This document shows, in pieces, positions 28,069-42,297 of a stretch of DNA of 64,000 nt (position 1 is its first letter; every line of letters starts with the position of its first letter). The notes beneath the pieces were generated by a model. It made no database searches and was not told where the DNA came from. It was given only the letters and a program-made list of their open reading frames with translations. The DNA is taken from assembly GCA_050084985.1 (NCBI GenBank), contig JBITNC010000001.1, positions 178,498,001 to 178,562,000 on the forward strand, in the 5' to 3' direction. The translations under genes and the position numbers were made by a program. The DNA is from Nageia nagi (taxonomy: Eukaryota; Plantae; Pinophyta).

Positions 28069-31000
28069 TTACTCAACTTTTAGTGTATTTAAATGGAATT
28101 AATTGAAAAATTAGATATTGTTCAACTAATGATATAGCATTGAGAAAGACTAAGCTTTGAGCCAACTTGCTTTATATTTGAAATTTATTCCTCACTTATG
28201 ATTAGATAAGTTATGACTAAGGAATATCATTAAAAAAGTATAATTGGTAGTAATATTTCATTTTATTTGATTTCATAAATATATCCTTCAAATATTATAG
28301 TATTTCAATATATGTATGTATGTATGTACACACACACTCAAATGGATTATTTTATTAAATAGATACAAAAATTAAATTAAAAAAATTTTAAAGGAAGAAA
28401 AATAATATCTTAAATATTTATCCTTTTTTTTATCAATTTAAGCTATCCCATTTAAGTTAAATATTAAAATGCTATAACTATGTACTCTTAAAAATTTGTA
28501 CTATTATTATTAAAAATTATGAATATAATAAATTAGTATAATAATAAAATTTTGATTTCTTATGCTACATAATCAATGTTAATTCAACATATCATATATT
28601 TAAATATTGATTTTTTCCACATTAATGAAGGTTAGGAAGTAACAATAATGTTCCATGGGAGGTTAAGTTCAAATCTCCACACCGTATGTGGTAAAACAAG
28701 TAGAAATTTTATTTTTAATGAATTTCTAGGTCAAATTAATTACAAAGTATACATAGTATGTTCTATTTGCTATTTACAATATTTTAAGCCTAAAAAGTTA
28801 AATTTTCAAGTTATAAAATCTTTATTTTAAATAATAAAAATTAAGAAAATAAAAAAAAAAAACTAAAATTTTTTTCCAAGGCAATGTAATAATCTATGTT
28901 CAACAAAAAATTTATATTAAAAAAGTTTCAAAAATATAAAGATGAATAATTTTTAGGTTTTATTCTTGGCCTAATGAAAGTATAAACATGAGAGGTTACC
29001 ATACCTCTAAATTTTGATTTTTATGTAATTATTTAGTTTTGTTTCTTTTGAGGAATAAGATATAATAGACATCATTTAGGTCTTGTGTTCCAATTTGATG
29101 AATTTTTAGTCCAAAGCTATAAAAAGTTAAAAACTAGATATATCAACTTTTTATTTTAAAACTTTCGTAAATATAATTAGAAAATATTATTTTATGTTAT
29201 TTCATGTTAAATTTATTAAATATCAAATCTATTATTAATATTATCTCAATTTTATGTTATTTCATGTTAAAATTATTTTTACCGATTTTAGTTTTTATAG
29301 CATTATATGATCCATCATGGAAATCTAATGATGATATCATGTAACTAATAATCTTTTTAGGTTATTCACACTTTCATGGTTACACTTTGATATTTTTTGT
29401 TATTATTTTTATACTTAATTGGGGTACTAGATATCATCACCCTTTGGGTTCTTTGGGAAATCAAGTATCATTGATATATATCATTTCCCCTTTTGAACTT
29501 TCATGTAACAAAATATCCTCCATGTAAGAGTCATGCTAACATCATTTGAACATTATAAATCATTTCGTTACATATACTATATCAATTTTTTTTTTTTTAA
29601 TTATGATATCATGTTCATAATTATATTGCTATATTAATGTTTATTTATTTATAATGTTTATCTAAGAAGATGATATTTTATCACTATGAATGATTGCTAA
29701 CATCCCTCATACTACTCAAGATAGGTACCAACCCATTTGAAAATCTTCTCACTTATAGGTTCCTTTTTCCCTTTTATATTTATTTTTCATTGAATCTATT
29801 GTTTTAAATAAAGGTAATAATCAATCTAAATAAAAAAGATAAGAAAAAAATAAAATAAAGCATAACAAACTCATATCATTGATCATATTCATATATACTT
29901 AGGAAAGTATCATAAAAAGTAATAATATCCTTTTCTTTTTCACTTGTAAATATGTTCTTAGGTTCATTGATCACATCTCCAAGGGGACAACTATAGACAT
30001 CTAACTTTTAGATATGTAAAATCCTCAAAGAATAGGAATATCATTAATATTGTAGAGGATTATAGAATTGTCACTCATATTTTTTCTATGTAATTTTGAT
30101 CACAAAAAGTTGCATTGGCTTTTAGCTTCAAGGTAGAAACTCACTATGATCCCAATTTATTTGTTTCAAGTATGAAATGCATGTTTTGAGCTTTCCTTTT
30201 TAGAGTTTTTTTTAATACTAAGAAATCAATGATCTTAATCATGATCAAATTTGATCTAAATTCCCTAAGCATTAAAGCCCCTCTAAAATCCTAATTTGTA
30301 AAAATCTTTTTGGTAGAGTTTTGGAAGCTTCACCAAGAGGTTAGATTCATTTAAATTATGTACACAACTATTATTTTTCATATTTCATGTTGATGTATTC
30401 TAGATTTAGGATTTTTCTATTTCTTTAGTTCAATTTATTATAGATCTCCCATATACTTAATTTCAAAATCCCATGAGTTTGCTATATGTTTCTATAATGT
30501 TATATTTATTTATCTTTCATAGATAAGATTACTTTATTATTAATTATTTTATTACAAATTTAATTTATTTTTGCACACTAAGTATGATTTTTTTCTAATT
30601 ACATAATTTTTTCCACTAAAAAAGAATATCCTTCATACTTGTTATTATTATAATACTACTAGTTTAAAACTAATTATTCTATTTCTATACCTTGAGATTA
30701 ATTGGGTACACTAGTTATTATATAAATTATATAATTTAAAAACTAAAATAAAAAATTTAATTATTTCAAAACAAAATCCAAATTAGAATGTATACTATGA
30801 TCTAAACATATAATAAAACAAGAATATCATTTTTTAAGTTTTTTATTTTTTCAAGAATAATTGTAATTTCAAAACTATATATATATATAATGGATGAGAA
30901 TGACATGTAGTGATGATTTATAATGTTGATGTTTTATGATGATATCATAGATTCATAGATGATGTTGTAATGAAGATTATAAAACATAGTGATTATTAAC

Positions 31001-31974
31001 TTAATAGATGATGCAATATTATGATCCTTGTGAACTACCATATACTAATAATTAAGAATTAGATGACCATATTAACATTATCAAATCCTCTACTTACTAA
31101 CCATGAAAATATGCTTAATTTATTTTATATCTAGTTTATTTTAAATATATAAATAATTCAAGATCTTATTTTAATAATTTAAATTTAACTATATTCTCTT
31201 GTATATGATAAAATTATGATCTTCATTATTAATAATTATATTAAAAAAGTTATAAGTGATGCCAATATGAAGTATTAAAAATGTAATGAAATAAATTATG
31301 AAAATATGATGCAAAGTATAAAACATAGTGCATAAGATTGTGTGTGTAGTAATTATTTAATCAAATAATACGATAGAGTTTATGGTGATAAACTATGAGA
31401 ACAAAAGTAGAAGACTCATATAGTGAATTTCTAGGAACATTAGAGAAAAGTTATTGGTAAATTATTTCTCTCAAAAGTATCTTGAAGGAGGTCTTTATGT
31501 CTTAATATGCATGATAAGACTAGTATATCATACTCTTATCACCTCTTGTTAGGGGATTTGGCGGAAGTGAGATATGGAAACACCCACATGGAAGGTCCTA
31601 AGTTCCACTCATATCTCCTCTTAATGTTCAAAATCTTTTGTTAGGTATTAAAACCTAATAAGTTTAATGGGCATTAAATGTTAACTTTGCTTAGATTTTA
31701 AAAACTAGCATTAATAGTTATCATATCAAAATTTTGATTTAATAACATAAAGGAGAAGAGGGATAAATATAGCATCCCTCCTCTAATTATGAAAGGTTTT
31801 CAACCAAAGAAAATTGTAATATCACTCCCAAAAAAATAACTTATAAACTAAGGATGAACAACTTGAAAACTTTTTCATAAATGGGGAAGAACAACATGGA
31901 ACCTATTCATAATAGGGGTAAACAATTTTGAAATCTATAGCTGGTTATTCAAAGTGAGGTAAAAAATTCAATAG

Positions 31975-32215
31975 ATGTCGAGATGCCAATTAGGAAGATG
32001 ATGCATTAACAAAATGCTAAATGTAAAGTAGACAAGATGTTAATATGAAGCTAAAATATGCCAACTCATCAAGATGCCAAAGGGTAAGCTGACAAGACAT
32101 CAAATTGAAACTAAAAGATGTCAATTCATTAGGATGCCAAAGTGTAACATGATGAAATACCAAAGTAAAACTAGAAGATATAAACTCATAGAGATGACAT
32201 AAGGTAATATATTTA
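31975..32215. repeat. Degenerate minisatellite with ~60-bp period and ~20-bp AGATGCCAA sub-unit
   Basis: Lines starting at 32041, 32101 and 32161 align column-wise (ctaaaa.atg.caa.tcat...gatgccaaag). Confidence 0.7.
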
Positions 32216-32511
32216 ATGAATCCATATAAATTTAAAAATTCCTACCTCTTGGCATATCATCATATATCTAATCATGTCCTGTAAACTAGGTTATGGCATT
32301 CCACTACATACCCTTATATCATTTCTTCATATCAAAGGTGGCACATCATCAGATATCTAATGGTAGCTAGTAAACTAGGTTATAATATTTCATCATAAAT
32401 GCCTAATATCATTTTTTAAATACTTGAAAGAATTCATGAAAAATTGTATAAGAAATTGATTATAGAAGACTTTATGTTTGGATCATAGAAGGAATTACTT
32501 CGTCATCTGAT

Positions 32512-32515
<4 letters not shown>

Positions 32516-32547
<32 letters not shown>
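32516..32547. repeat. (AT)n microsatellite (insertion site of the adjacent LTR element)
   Basis: Direct reading. Confidence 0.95.
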
Positions 32548-32550
<3 letters not shown>

Positions 32551-35464
32551 CAAGTTCTTTTCTCTTTTAATAAACCTTGCCAATCTTATCATAAACAAAA
32601 ATTCATGAGAAATAACAATATAAGCAAACTCAAACATGCAAGATAAGAAGAACACCATCATATAATGAGGTTCACTCAACATGTCATTGAGCTACATTCC
32701 TAGAGAAGCACAAAAACTTGTAACTCTTGCATTAACAAAAATCACAATGTGTAAGAGAAAGAAGTATACAAAAAATATGGCTACATATTTTCTCTCAAAT
32801 TCCCATCAACAAACTTCTCACATGAGTTTCTCTTCACCCACAATATAATCACTCCACCATGATTATAAGAAATTCCTCTCATCTTCTCTTTGGAGGAATA
32901 CATCATAGGAATGCCTCCATGGACATTCTTTTATAATGCCATCATAGGTATTACCACATAATGGAATTACATCCTCCAATATTTACCTTACACTTAGGTA
33001 TTACTACCTCTTAGGATATCAATATAATACATGTGAGGTATTACAACTGCAATAAATATTATGCTTCCCTTCCTCTCACAAAATCATTAATCATATAACC
33101 CAATCACTAAACCTTGATTGACCTTGCATGCATCATGCAATACCCAGCCACCATGGTATCTTCACCTCCATTGAATACACTACCCACCATGGCTCTTAGC
33201 TCTATTAGCTAACTCTCATGTGGCTCTCACACCATGCTCTTACCATTCATAATCCAATCCATCAATTTATAACCAGATGAGACCTATATATAGCAATTCC
33301 TCATTTAATGCATTAGATCTCAAAGATTTCTATGTCTAATCTTTGTAATTAATATATCATAGTTTCTGGAACATGATTATCAACACATTGGATATCAACC
33401 CTTAATTTATTAACACACAAAATTAAACCACCCAATTTTATTGAATATGTATGATCATTTAAGATACATACCAAATTGAATCAGATCATCTTATCAAATG
33501 TCAAGCTCCATACTTAACAATCTCCCACTTGAAGCTTGATTCATAATAACTTTAACACTATTGCACTTTCAATCCACACCAAGGATATTCACCTCCTTGA
33601 GATTTTTCTTTCACCATGCTTTAAATCACCACATTGAAGTAGTTTCAACCTCACACCTTCTCTTGTGATCAATGAGCAACATGATAATCTACGATCTATC
33701 TTCATTGCTCCCACTGCTTCATCAATCTCCTAGTTTTCCATAGTCAAGAATAATACATTGAAAAATCCCTTTCCAATTTGTAAGCTTCCATATATAGAAC
33801 CTAGGAAAGGATAGAGCAAGAGACATGGTCAAGCTCCCTTATTAGTTATCCAAGTTTCTAAATTTTAAATATAAGCTTAAACCTAGTTACAATTCTTGCA
33901 ACCCATTTATGATGTAGCTCCCACTCAAACTAGAATCCACCTAATAGATAATAGCTCTAATACCACTTATTGGGTTCTTTTCTCTTTTAATAAACCTTAA
34001 TAATCTTATCATGAGAAATAATACATGAGCAATAACAAAAGTAAACTCAAACATGCAAGATAAGAAGAACACCATCATATAACATGGTTCACTCAACATC
34101 TCATTGAGCTACATTTAACTTTTTTATTTTTTAAAAATTTTGAGAAAATAAAAATATGGTCCATACAACCTTTAGATAATTCTCTATAAAATTAAAAAAA
34201 GAAATTTGAAAAAATGATAGCTTTAGATCAAATTATGCTTGATGAACACAAGCATTTTTCAAAACTATAATTACAAACTATACAAAATTAATAAAAAAAT
34301 AATATTCATGAAAAATTATGAAAAATATCCAAGACAAGATTCATTATGTTAAGTATATTTGATAAAAAGTATTTTAAAAAATATATTAATTTATATTAAA
34401 ATATGTGTGATGGACACGTACATGGTATGGTCCTGAAATAATATTTTTTAAATAGTGGTTTTTATTCATACCTATCAAAAATCATTTTTTATCATTTAGG
34501 CATTGGAATAAATTATATATTTGAAAACTAGACTCAAAGCACTACATTTTTATCATAATGACCTTCTTCAAGATTCTATGTCGAAGTGCTTCAAATTTTG
34601 AGATGAATATGACCAAATTCAAAATTAAGAAAAGAATTCCACTTTTGGTCGTAAAGTGAACCCAACTTTTTGCACTAATAAACATCCCTAAAGAAACACC
34701 AACACATGTAACTCTTGTGTTAATAACAATCACAATGTACAAGAAAAAGAAGTATGTAATAAATATGGCTATATATTTTCTCTCAATTTTTTATCAGTAA
34801 GCTTCTCACATGACTTTCTTTGCACCCACAACATAATCACTTTGTCGTGATTAAAAGCAATTCCTCTCATCTTCTCTCTAAAGGAATACATCACAAGAAT
34901 GCCTCCATAGAAATCCTTTTGTAATACCATCACAAGTATTACCACACACTGGAATTATATCCTCTAGCATTCCCCTTACACTCAAACATTACTACCTCTT
35001 AGGACATCAATACAATACATGTGTGGGATTACAACTACAATAAACACCATGTTGCCCTTCCTCTCATAAAACCATTGATCATCTCAGCTAATCACTAAAC
35101 CTTGATTGAACTTGTATGCATCATGTAGCACCCATCCACCATCATGGTTCTCATCTCTATCACCTAACTCTCATGTGGCTCTCACACTATGCTCATACCG
35201 TTCATAACCCAATCCATTAATTTATAACCAGATGAGGCCCGTATATAGCCAAGTCCTCATTTAATGCATTGGATCTCAGATATTTCCATATTTGATCTTT
35301 CCAATTAATAGATCATGATTTTTAGCACACATTTTTTAGCACATTGGATATCAGCCCATAATTTATTAGTATACAAAATTAAACCACCTAATTTCATTAA
35401 ATAAGGATGATATTTAAGATCTGAATCAAATCACCTCATTAAATTTCAAGCTCCATACTTAACA
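32548..35464 (-). mobile_element. Non-autonomous LTR retrotransposon: 3' LTR 32548-33519, ~450-bp internal region, 5' LTR 33968-35464 (interrupted)
   Basis: Two homologous LTRs both end ...ctccatacttaaca on the + strand. PBS TGGTATTAGAGC (tRNA-iMet type, 33954-33965, -), PPT AAGTGGGAGAT (33520-33530, -), and flanking TATAT/TATAT. Confidence 0.88.
34116..34681. mobile_element. ~570-bp insertion in the 5' LTR, probable DNA-transposon fragment
   Basis: LTR homology stops at gagctacatt (34115) and resumes at acatccctaaag (34682), with ACAT duplicated. The right end reads TATTAGTGCAAAAAGTTGGG on the - strand. Confidence 0.6.
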
Positions 35465-37167
35465 TATATATCTTGATAGAAGAGGCAATTATCTCAAGGT
35501 TTTTTTTTTGAATTTATAATTTTAACGCAAACTCTCTTAAAACCCTTTAGTAGTCTTGGTTGATTCTTGAAAAACTCATTCACAGGCCGAGTGAATATTA
35601 CCTAAAATTAAAACTAAAATATAAATTTGGGGCAGATATTTTGGAAGTAGGAACCACCATTATAACAAAATCCAAAATTTGAAATCCTCGATTATAGCCA
35701 TTTGGTGACTAATTTGCCCCTATCGAGATCATTGCTTTCAACCACGTTCCACCAACTATCATACCACCTTATGATATTTTGTATCAATTGTAACGAGTTT
35801 GAAAAACTTTTTTTCGTTTACACTCTACCATTGGAAGATTCTTTGCCACTAATTCTTATATTCTGACATCTAATTACTATTCTAATTTGAAATTTTATTT
35901 TTTATTTTTATATGTGAAGAATCTATAATATCAATCTCTCAAAAAACTTTAACTATTTCATCAATCTTAATTTCAATCAATTCACTCTTATCATTTTTCT
36001 TTTTAATAAGACTAATAATGATGTTAAAATTACCTTCAATTCTTCATTGAAATTATAAAATATTTGATTTACATAAATATATAATATTTTTTGTGTGATA
36101 AAAAAATACTAATAAAAGTCTAACCTTATTACTAGATATTTCAGTTCATGATGTGTTTTCTTATGAATGAAGACATGAAATTTTAAAACCTATAATTTAA
36201 ATCTATTATGATTTACTTTTCTATCAAAAGCTAAAAATTAATATCTTATATAAAATAAAACTACTCAATTATAGCATTTGATTCCTAAAAAGTGATTTAT
36301 AATGTACCAATAAAATATAATATTCATATGTAATCTATAAGAACATCACACAATTTTAAAAAAATTAGAATAATATGCTTCTCTTTTGATAAATATATTA
36401 ACTTTGTGGACGTGTTGAACGCAAATTTTGAATACATTACTCTAGTTTGTCATGTTCTCATCAAAATATATAATAAAAATATGATTTAAAAAATAAATAA
36501 AAATGATAATTATATCAAATTTAAAATAATATCAAAATATTATAATAATAATTTTTAAATTTACTTTGCTTGGTAATTTTATGAAATATTTCATCTATCT
36601 TAAAGTAATACTATTTTCCATTTTTGATATTATTATTACCATAAAGTGTCTAGTACATAATATTATAATGTAATGATAATTATTTATGAAAAAAGTATTA
36701 GTAGGTATTATTATTCAAAGAAAGCTTATGGTATATATATATGAAGCATATGAAAAAAATAAAATAATTATAAATAAGTAAATTTTATTTTTTCTAATGA
36801 TTGAATTTTAATGTAAACATATATGTATATATGAAAGTCATGAAGAAATTTCAAGTAGATGTAATTAATTTATTTTGTCAATAGATCATAGAATCATTAT
36901 ATTTTTGTTTAATATGTTTTTAAAATATATAATATTACTTTCATCATAAACTATCATAGATAAATTATAGATGGTGATTTTAATCATCTTTCATCTTTTA
37001 TTTTGTTGATAATTACATTGAGAGGCATTCTACAATGAAAAATAAGATGAGATAGAGAACTCATTAATAATTTGTGTATAAGTTTAACAATAATTCAATA
37101 GTTGAAATTGATCCACAACTATTACATTTATATAAATGATTTTTTTTAATATTTTATTTTTGTTATA

Positions 37168-37168
<1 letters not shown>

Positions 37169-37262
<94 letters not shown>

Positions 37263-37270
37263 ATATATAT
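37169..37270. repeat. Compound (CA)n(TA)n microsatellite
   Basis: Direct reading. Confidence 0.97.
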
Positions 37271-37442
37271 TTGTGTTTATGTATTTTTATTTAATAATAA
37301 TATTTATGTAATGTATAAAAATATTTAAGATAAGTGTTTAAGGATTGATATTTCTTGACATTTTATAGATATATATTTAAGATATTTAAACTATTCTTAC
37401 ATATTATATCAAAGTATATATTTAATATTGGTGGTTCAGATT

Positions 37443-37802
37443 AACAATACTTGCATACCAAAAGATGATTTTAAGGGCGAATATTTGCCAATGGGCAAAT
37501 TTTAGCTATATTTAAAAATAAGTTTGAAGAGTTTTAACTAAGCTTACGTGTTATAAGTAATAGTAATTTGATGTACTAAATAAATGATCACATATAGATT
37601 ATTTATTTTTTATTTTTTAAATAATAACTATTATGAAATTACAACTAATCTATATGAAAAATTATGTAGTATATAAATTATGAACAATTCATATCACGTC
37701 AGCATATTTAAAGTTCTTTAAACTTAATTTTTAAATATGGCTAAATTCGCCCATTGGCAAATATTTGCCCTTAAAATCATCCTTAGGTTTAAAAGTTTTG
37801 TT
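37443..37802. mobile_element. Foldback element / MITE with ~110-bp imperfect terminal inverted repeats
   Basis: gatgattttaagggcgaatatttgccaatgggcaaattttagctatatttaaaaa (left) is the near reverse complement of tttttaaatatggctaaattcgcccattggcaaatatttgcccttaaaatcatc (right). The spacer is AT-rich. Confidence 0.85.
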
Positions 37803-38926
37803 TATAATATAATCATTTAAGTAATTCCTTCAGTCTATATTGAAACATCTTTATAAATGAAAATTATATACATAATAAAAGATTATATTTATTTTCATTT
37901 AGAATATGAAAATAAGAAATAAATTTATGTAAATGTTATTAAAAAAATAAAATTGTATTGAATATAAATTGTTATTATTGTATCTTTAGTCTTAGTTCCT
38001 ATTTTTTTAATACTTGTTGTATTGAGAATTGGTAAGAAATAATAAAAAATAAGTTAAATCCATAAATTTAAATATCTAGAATATTGAAGATTTATTTTTA
38101 ATATATACTTAAAATAGCATAAACTTATTATAATAATTATATGATCTCCTTACTATGTTAACATTATAAACTAAACAATCAATCAATTGAGATGAATATA
38201 TTGCTTTTATTTTGAAAGTATATAATATATTAATACTATTTTTTTATGGTTAGTAAAAAACATTACCCATTAATAATATATTAATACTATACATTTATAG
38301 TATTAATTTATTAAGAAAAAAATTATTTGAAAAAAAAATATAAATCTTTAGCATCACATGTTTGATGATTTTGACTTATCTATACTTTTTTGTTGTTGTT
38401 GGAGTGGCACCATGAACTCTATCCATCTGGGCATGATCCTCCCCTCACCTCACCTCATCTGCACCTACCATCAACTCAATAGGATTGTTGGTATATTTCA
38501 ACTTTTAGGGGTAGAGAATAGGATAGCTTTAAAATACCCACCTCTCCAACTCCCCTATCTGTAAATACATTCTGTAGTTTTTTTTAGTTAAAATAACAAC
38601 AAAATGAAATCCAAATACTACACATTCCTTTAAACTATTCTATGCATTTTTTTTTTCTTTTATATCCATATCAAATTTTTTAATTATAAATAAACACATG
38701 TCAAACATTCATATATTTTCATGTTTTGAATGAAATTCATTTGTATATATACTGAATTTATAGATATCTATCATTAGATATTCATATTTTTTGTGTTTAA
38801 GATTGTAGGAATTTTTCTTATATAATTATTATTAGATTTGGAATTTAATTTTTGATCTTCTACATATAATTAATAATAGATCTATCAACATAATAATAAA
38901 ACATCTTTAATTCTAAAAGAAATAAG

Positions 38927-38928
<2 letters not shown>

Positions 38929-38976
<48 letters not shown>
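38929..38976. repeat. (AT)n microsatellite
   Basis: Direct reading. Confidence 0.98.
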
Positions 38977-38978
<2 letters not shown>

Positions 38979-41900
38979 AAAATTGGTAATATTCCATCAT
39001 TAACTAGTTGTTAGTTGTTGATTTTGCATTTTGTAAATCTAATAATATAATATTTTCAATTATAGAAAAATGAGTAAAATTTGAATACAATATAAAATAT
39101 TATATATTGATTTTAGAAATATAATTTTTTTTTATTTTAATATAGTGAAATTGATATACCTCCAACATTATCTAGTTGTTAATTATTGGTCTACATTAAA
39201 TTTTAGAATATTGCTATCATAACTTCAACTAAGTTAATAAATATTTATAATATGTGACTTCTCTTTCTCTTATAAACACTTTCTCCAGTGAAAAATTTCC
39301 ATAGATTTTGTCAATCATCTTAATATTTCCTAAATCATTATAATACTATCTTTCCTAATATAGCACTTAAAAGAATGGGATGCCAAAAGGTTTAGGGGTT
39401 CTAAAAGTTTATCACCTCCTAGAATTTTATATTCAAACCAAGGTCTATATGTAATGACATAAATTACCATAACATTTTTTTATTATATTTTAATTCAATT
39501 TTCTACCATGATTGATGGATTCTTATACTATTTCTTAAATATTAATAGTCTTCTCAGATGTAGATAATCATTGTAAAAAAATTGAAATATACAATATTGA
39601 TCATAAAATTGGTTGATATTTATGTAATATGATAAGTTATAATTTAAATGTTAATTCTTTTCTATCATGATATTTACTTTATCCTTATATTTGAATATGT
39701 ATCTTATTTGATCATGTTAAGGGAGTTGGAAAGGATGGGAAGTTGAAAACTCTCAAGTGGAAAAATAGATATCCCCCCTCACATGCATGCAGATATGAAA
39801 AATCCATTTTATAGTAGCTAGGCTAGTTGGCATGGATCGACTCTACCAATCATTGTATAAGTTTTGAGTTAATCTTAAATTAATTATTTACTCATATTTG
39901 TAGTAATTAATATCATTATTTGAATGAGTGAATTTTGAGCTTTGTTATATATTTATTTTAATAAGAAATATATTCTTAAATTGAACAAATGATATTCAAG
40001 GATTAATACAAGATTAGTCAAAGGGTATGTAACCATCTCACAATGTTCATAATTTAAATAACGAAATTGTTAAATTCTTATTCAACATGATACAACAATT
40101 GAAATTAGTCAATTAGTAATGTCTTATAAATGAACTTTAACCTTTTACATTTTAAATTGATTAAATTTTATTTTATTATAAAGTAATTCAACAACATGTA
40201 TTTATAAATAAATAACATCTTACATTATAAGGGATTTAACATCTTACAAAATGTTAATGAGCAACATAAATAAAATAATAACATCCAATTAATTTTAACT
40301 TACAACAATACTCATACAATGTATTATATGAATGGGTCTAGTAATTTTATATTATAATGACTATGTCAATCCATATTCATTATTTACTTAATAGAAAAAT
40401 ATGGGTACCTATATAGAAAATATACATTCATGTTCAATTTCAAGTAAGAGGAAGCTAAGTAGTTCTCAAATAGTTGTCATGTTTCATTAATATATTAGTA
40501 ATAATAAATTAGAAACTACATGATTTTTTATATAATTAAAATATAAATGACTTATCTCAATAGGAAATATTGATATTAATTATTTTTTAATAAATCTTAT
40601 AATTTAATGTATTACAAATGCAATATTGCAAGATAATACAATGAGCAATAATGATCTCAATTTTAACCTTGTAGTTTTGGTTAATACAATGTATACGAGA
40701 ACTATTAAAAAAAATGCAAATAAAATTGTTGAAAAAATTTCCATCCATACTTCTCTACTAATTTCATTTTGTGAGGGTGAAAGATATATAGATTCTTAAT
40801 TTATTATAGGGTTAGAGAATATCACTATATAGAAACCATTAGGCCCTTTACGGGCTTCATACGTTCTCTTTTTCTAAGTTTAAATACACAATACAAATAA
40901 AAAGTAAAATGAAAAGAAAGAGGAAACACATTAAACATATGTATATCTCTTCTCTATATTATACCATCACATTCTTATGTATCCTATTTGTCAAATCTAA
41001 TCAAGATATGTACAAGCATACTTGATTATCTTAATGTACTTTCCCATATGCTACATAAAGGCTAATAAAAATAGTATAAAGGATAATTAAATGCAAGGTA
41101 ACTAATCACCATTAACATAAATCTTTTAATATATGTATAAGGTTATTTGGCAATGAAACTATTTTCAAATAAGTAGTCATTGTAGTTCTTTAATAATTAT
41201 ACAATCATGCATTTCAATAATGAAATAGTTATTATTTTTTAATTAATAAGTTCATACTTATATACTATTAAACTTTCTCATCTATAACCAAATCCAATTA
41301 TTTCCATAACATCATGATTATTTATATAGTAGCAAGAAAGCTTATGAACTTAATGATGTATTGATGGATTTTTTAAGGCATGTTTAAATACATAGCTAAT
41401 TTTAATAAAGAAGAATTTTGTCTTTATGTTTTAGTAAGAAGGGATGAATAAGGAGATTTTTAATAATATTCTATATAGTTTGATCAATATATATACACTA
41501 AATGAAATAAAATAAAAAAATAATGTAAAGTCTTTTTCTAGTCAACTTTCCCTTCTTACAACTTTATGCAAAATACTTTCAACAATAATGAATTCTTTTA
41601 TGAATAGCATGAATTCAAATCTTATTACATATCAAAGGGATATATTGAATCATATAAGTTTGTAGAACCCTTACGACAATTATAAATTAGTGTTTGGGAA
41701 GGTATACAAACTTCCCAACCATTTTATCTAATCCTTTAATTTAGAAAATCGAGCATCATCTTTATCTTATTAATAAGTTCCAAATCACTCATCCTTTAGA
41801 AAGTTCTAATTTTTCTATTAAATAGTGAGGTATATTACTTAGGACAAGTTTACCTACTAATTTGCAATCAAACCATTTTGAAAAATAGTTTACAAATAAA

Positions 41901-42297
41901 CTCATAAGTAACACTTTGATGGCTTTAACCTAGCTTAATAAGAGAATCATTTTACCAAACTAGTCTCAAAAATTCCTTAAGATCCTTAAAAGTCATATTT
42001 ATTACAATTACAATGGTTTTACACACCTAACATGGGTATTTTGATAAATAACTATGCACATAAATCATCAAACACTTAGAATGGATACCCACAAACATAA
42101 CATCAATCATTTAATTTTTCTCCTCATAATCACTTGAGCATGGGTATTTTTTTATATACTATCAAAATGTATTATTTTCTTATTCAATGATGCTTAATTC
42201 AATACTAAATTAAAATTTATTAAATAAAATTGGTATTCATAGCCATATTCCTTTATTCAAATGAGAACAAAATTTCATTCAATAGAATTGAATCTAT

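Noticed and set aside
31550-31620. tRNA/SINE-like head (ggggatttggcggaagtg...aagttccactc); similar weak B-box at ~28665
   Set aside because: No cloverleaf, degenerate boxes, and no tail or TSD.
38543-39734. Short inverted match ctccaactccct / agggagttggaa, 1.2 kb apart
   Set aside because: Only ~12 bp, with no TSD and no extension.
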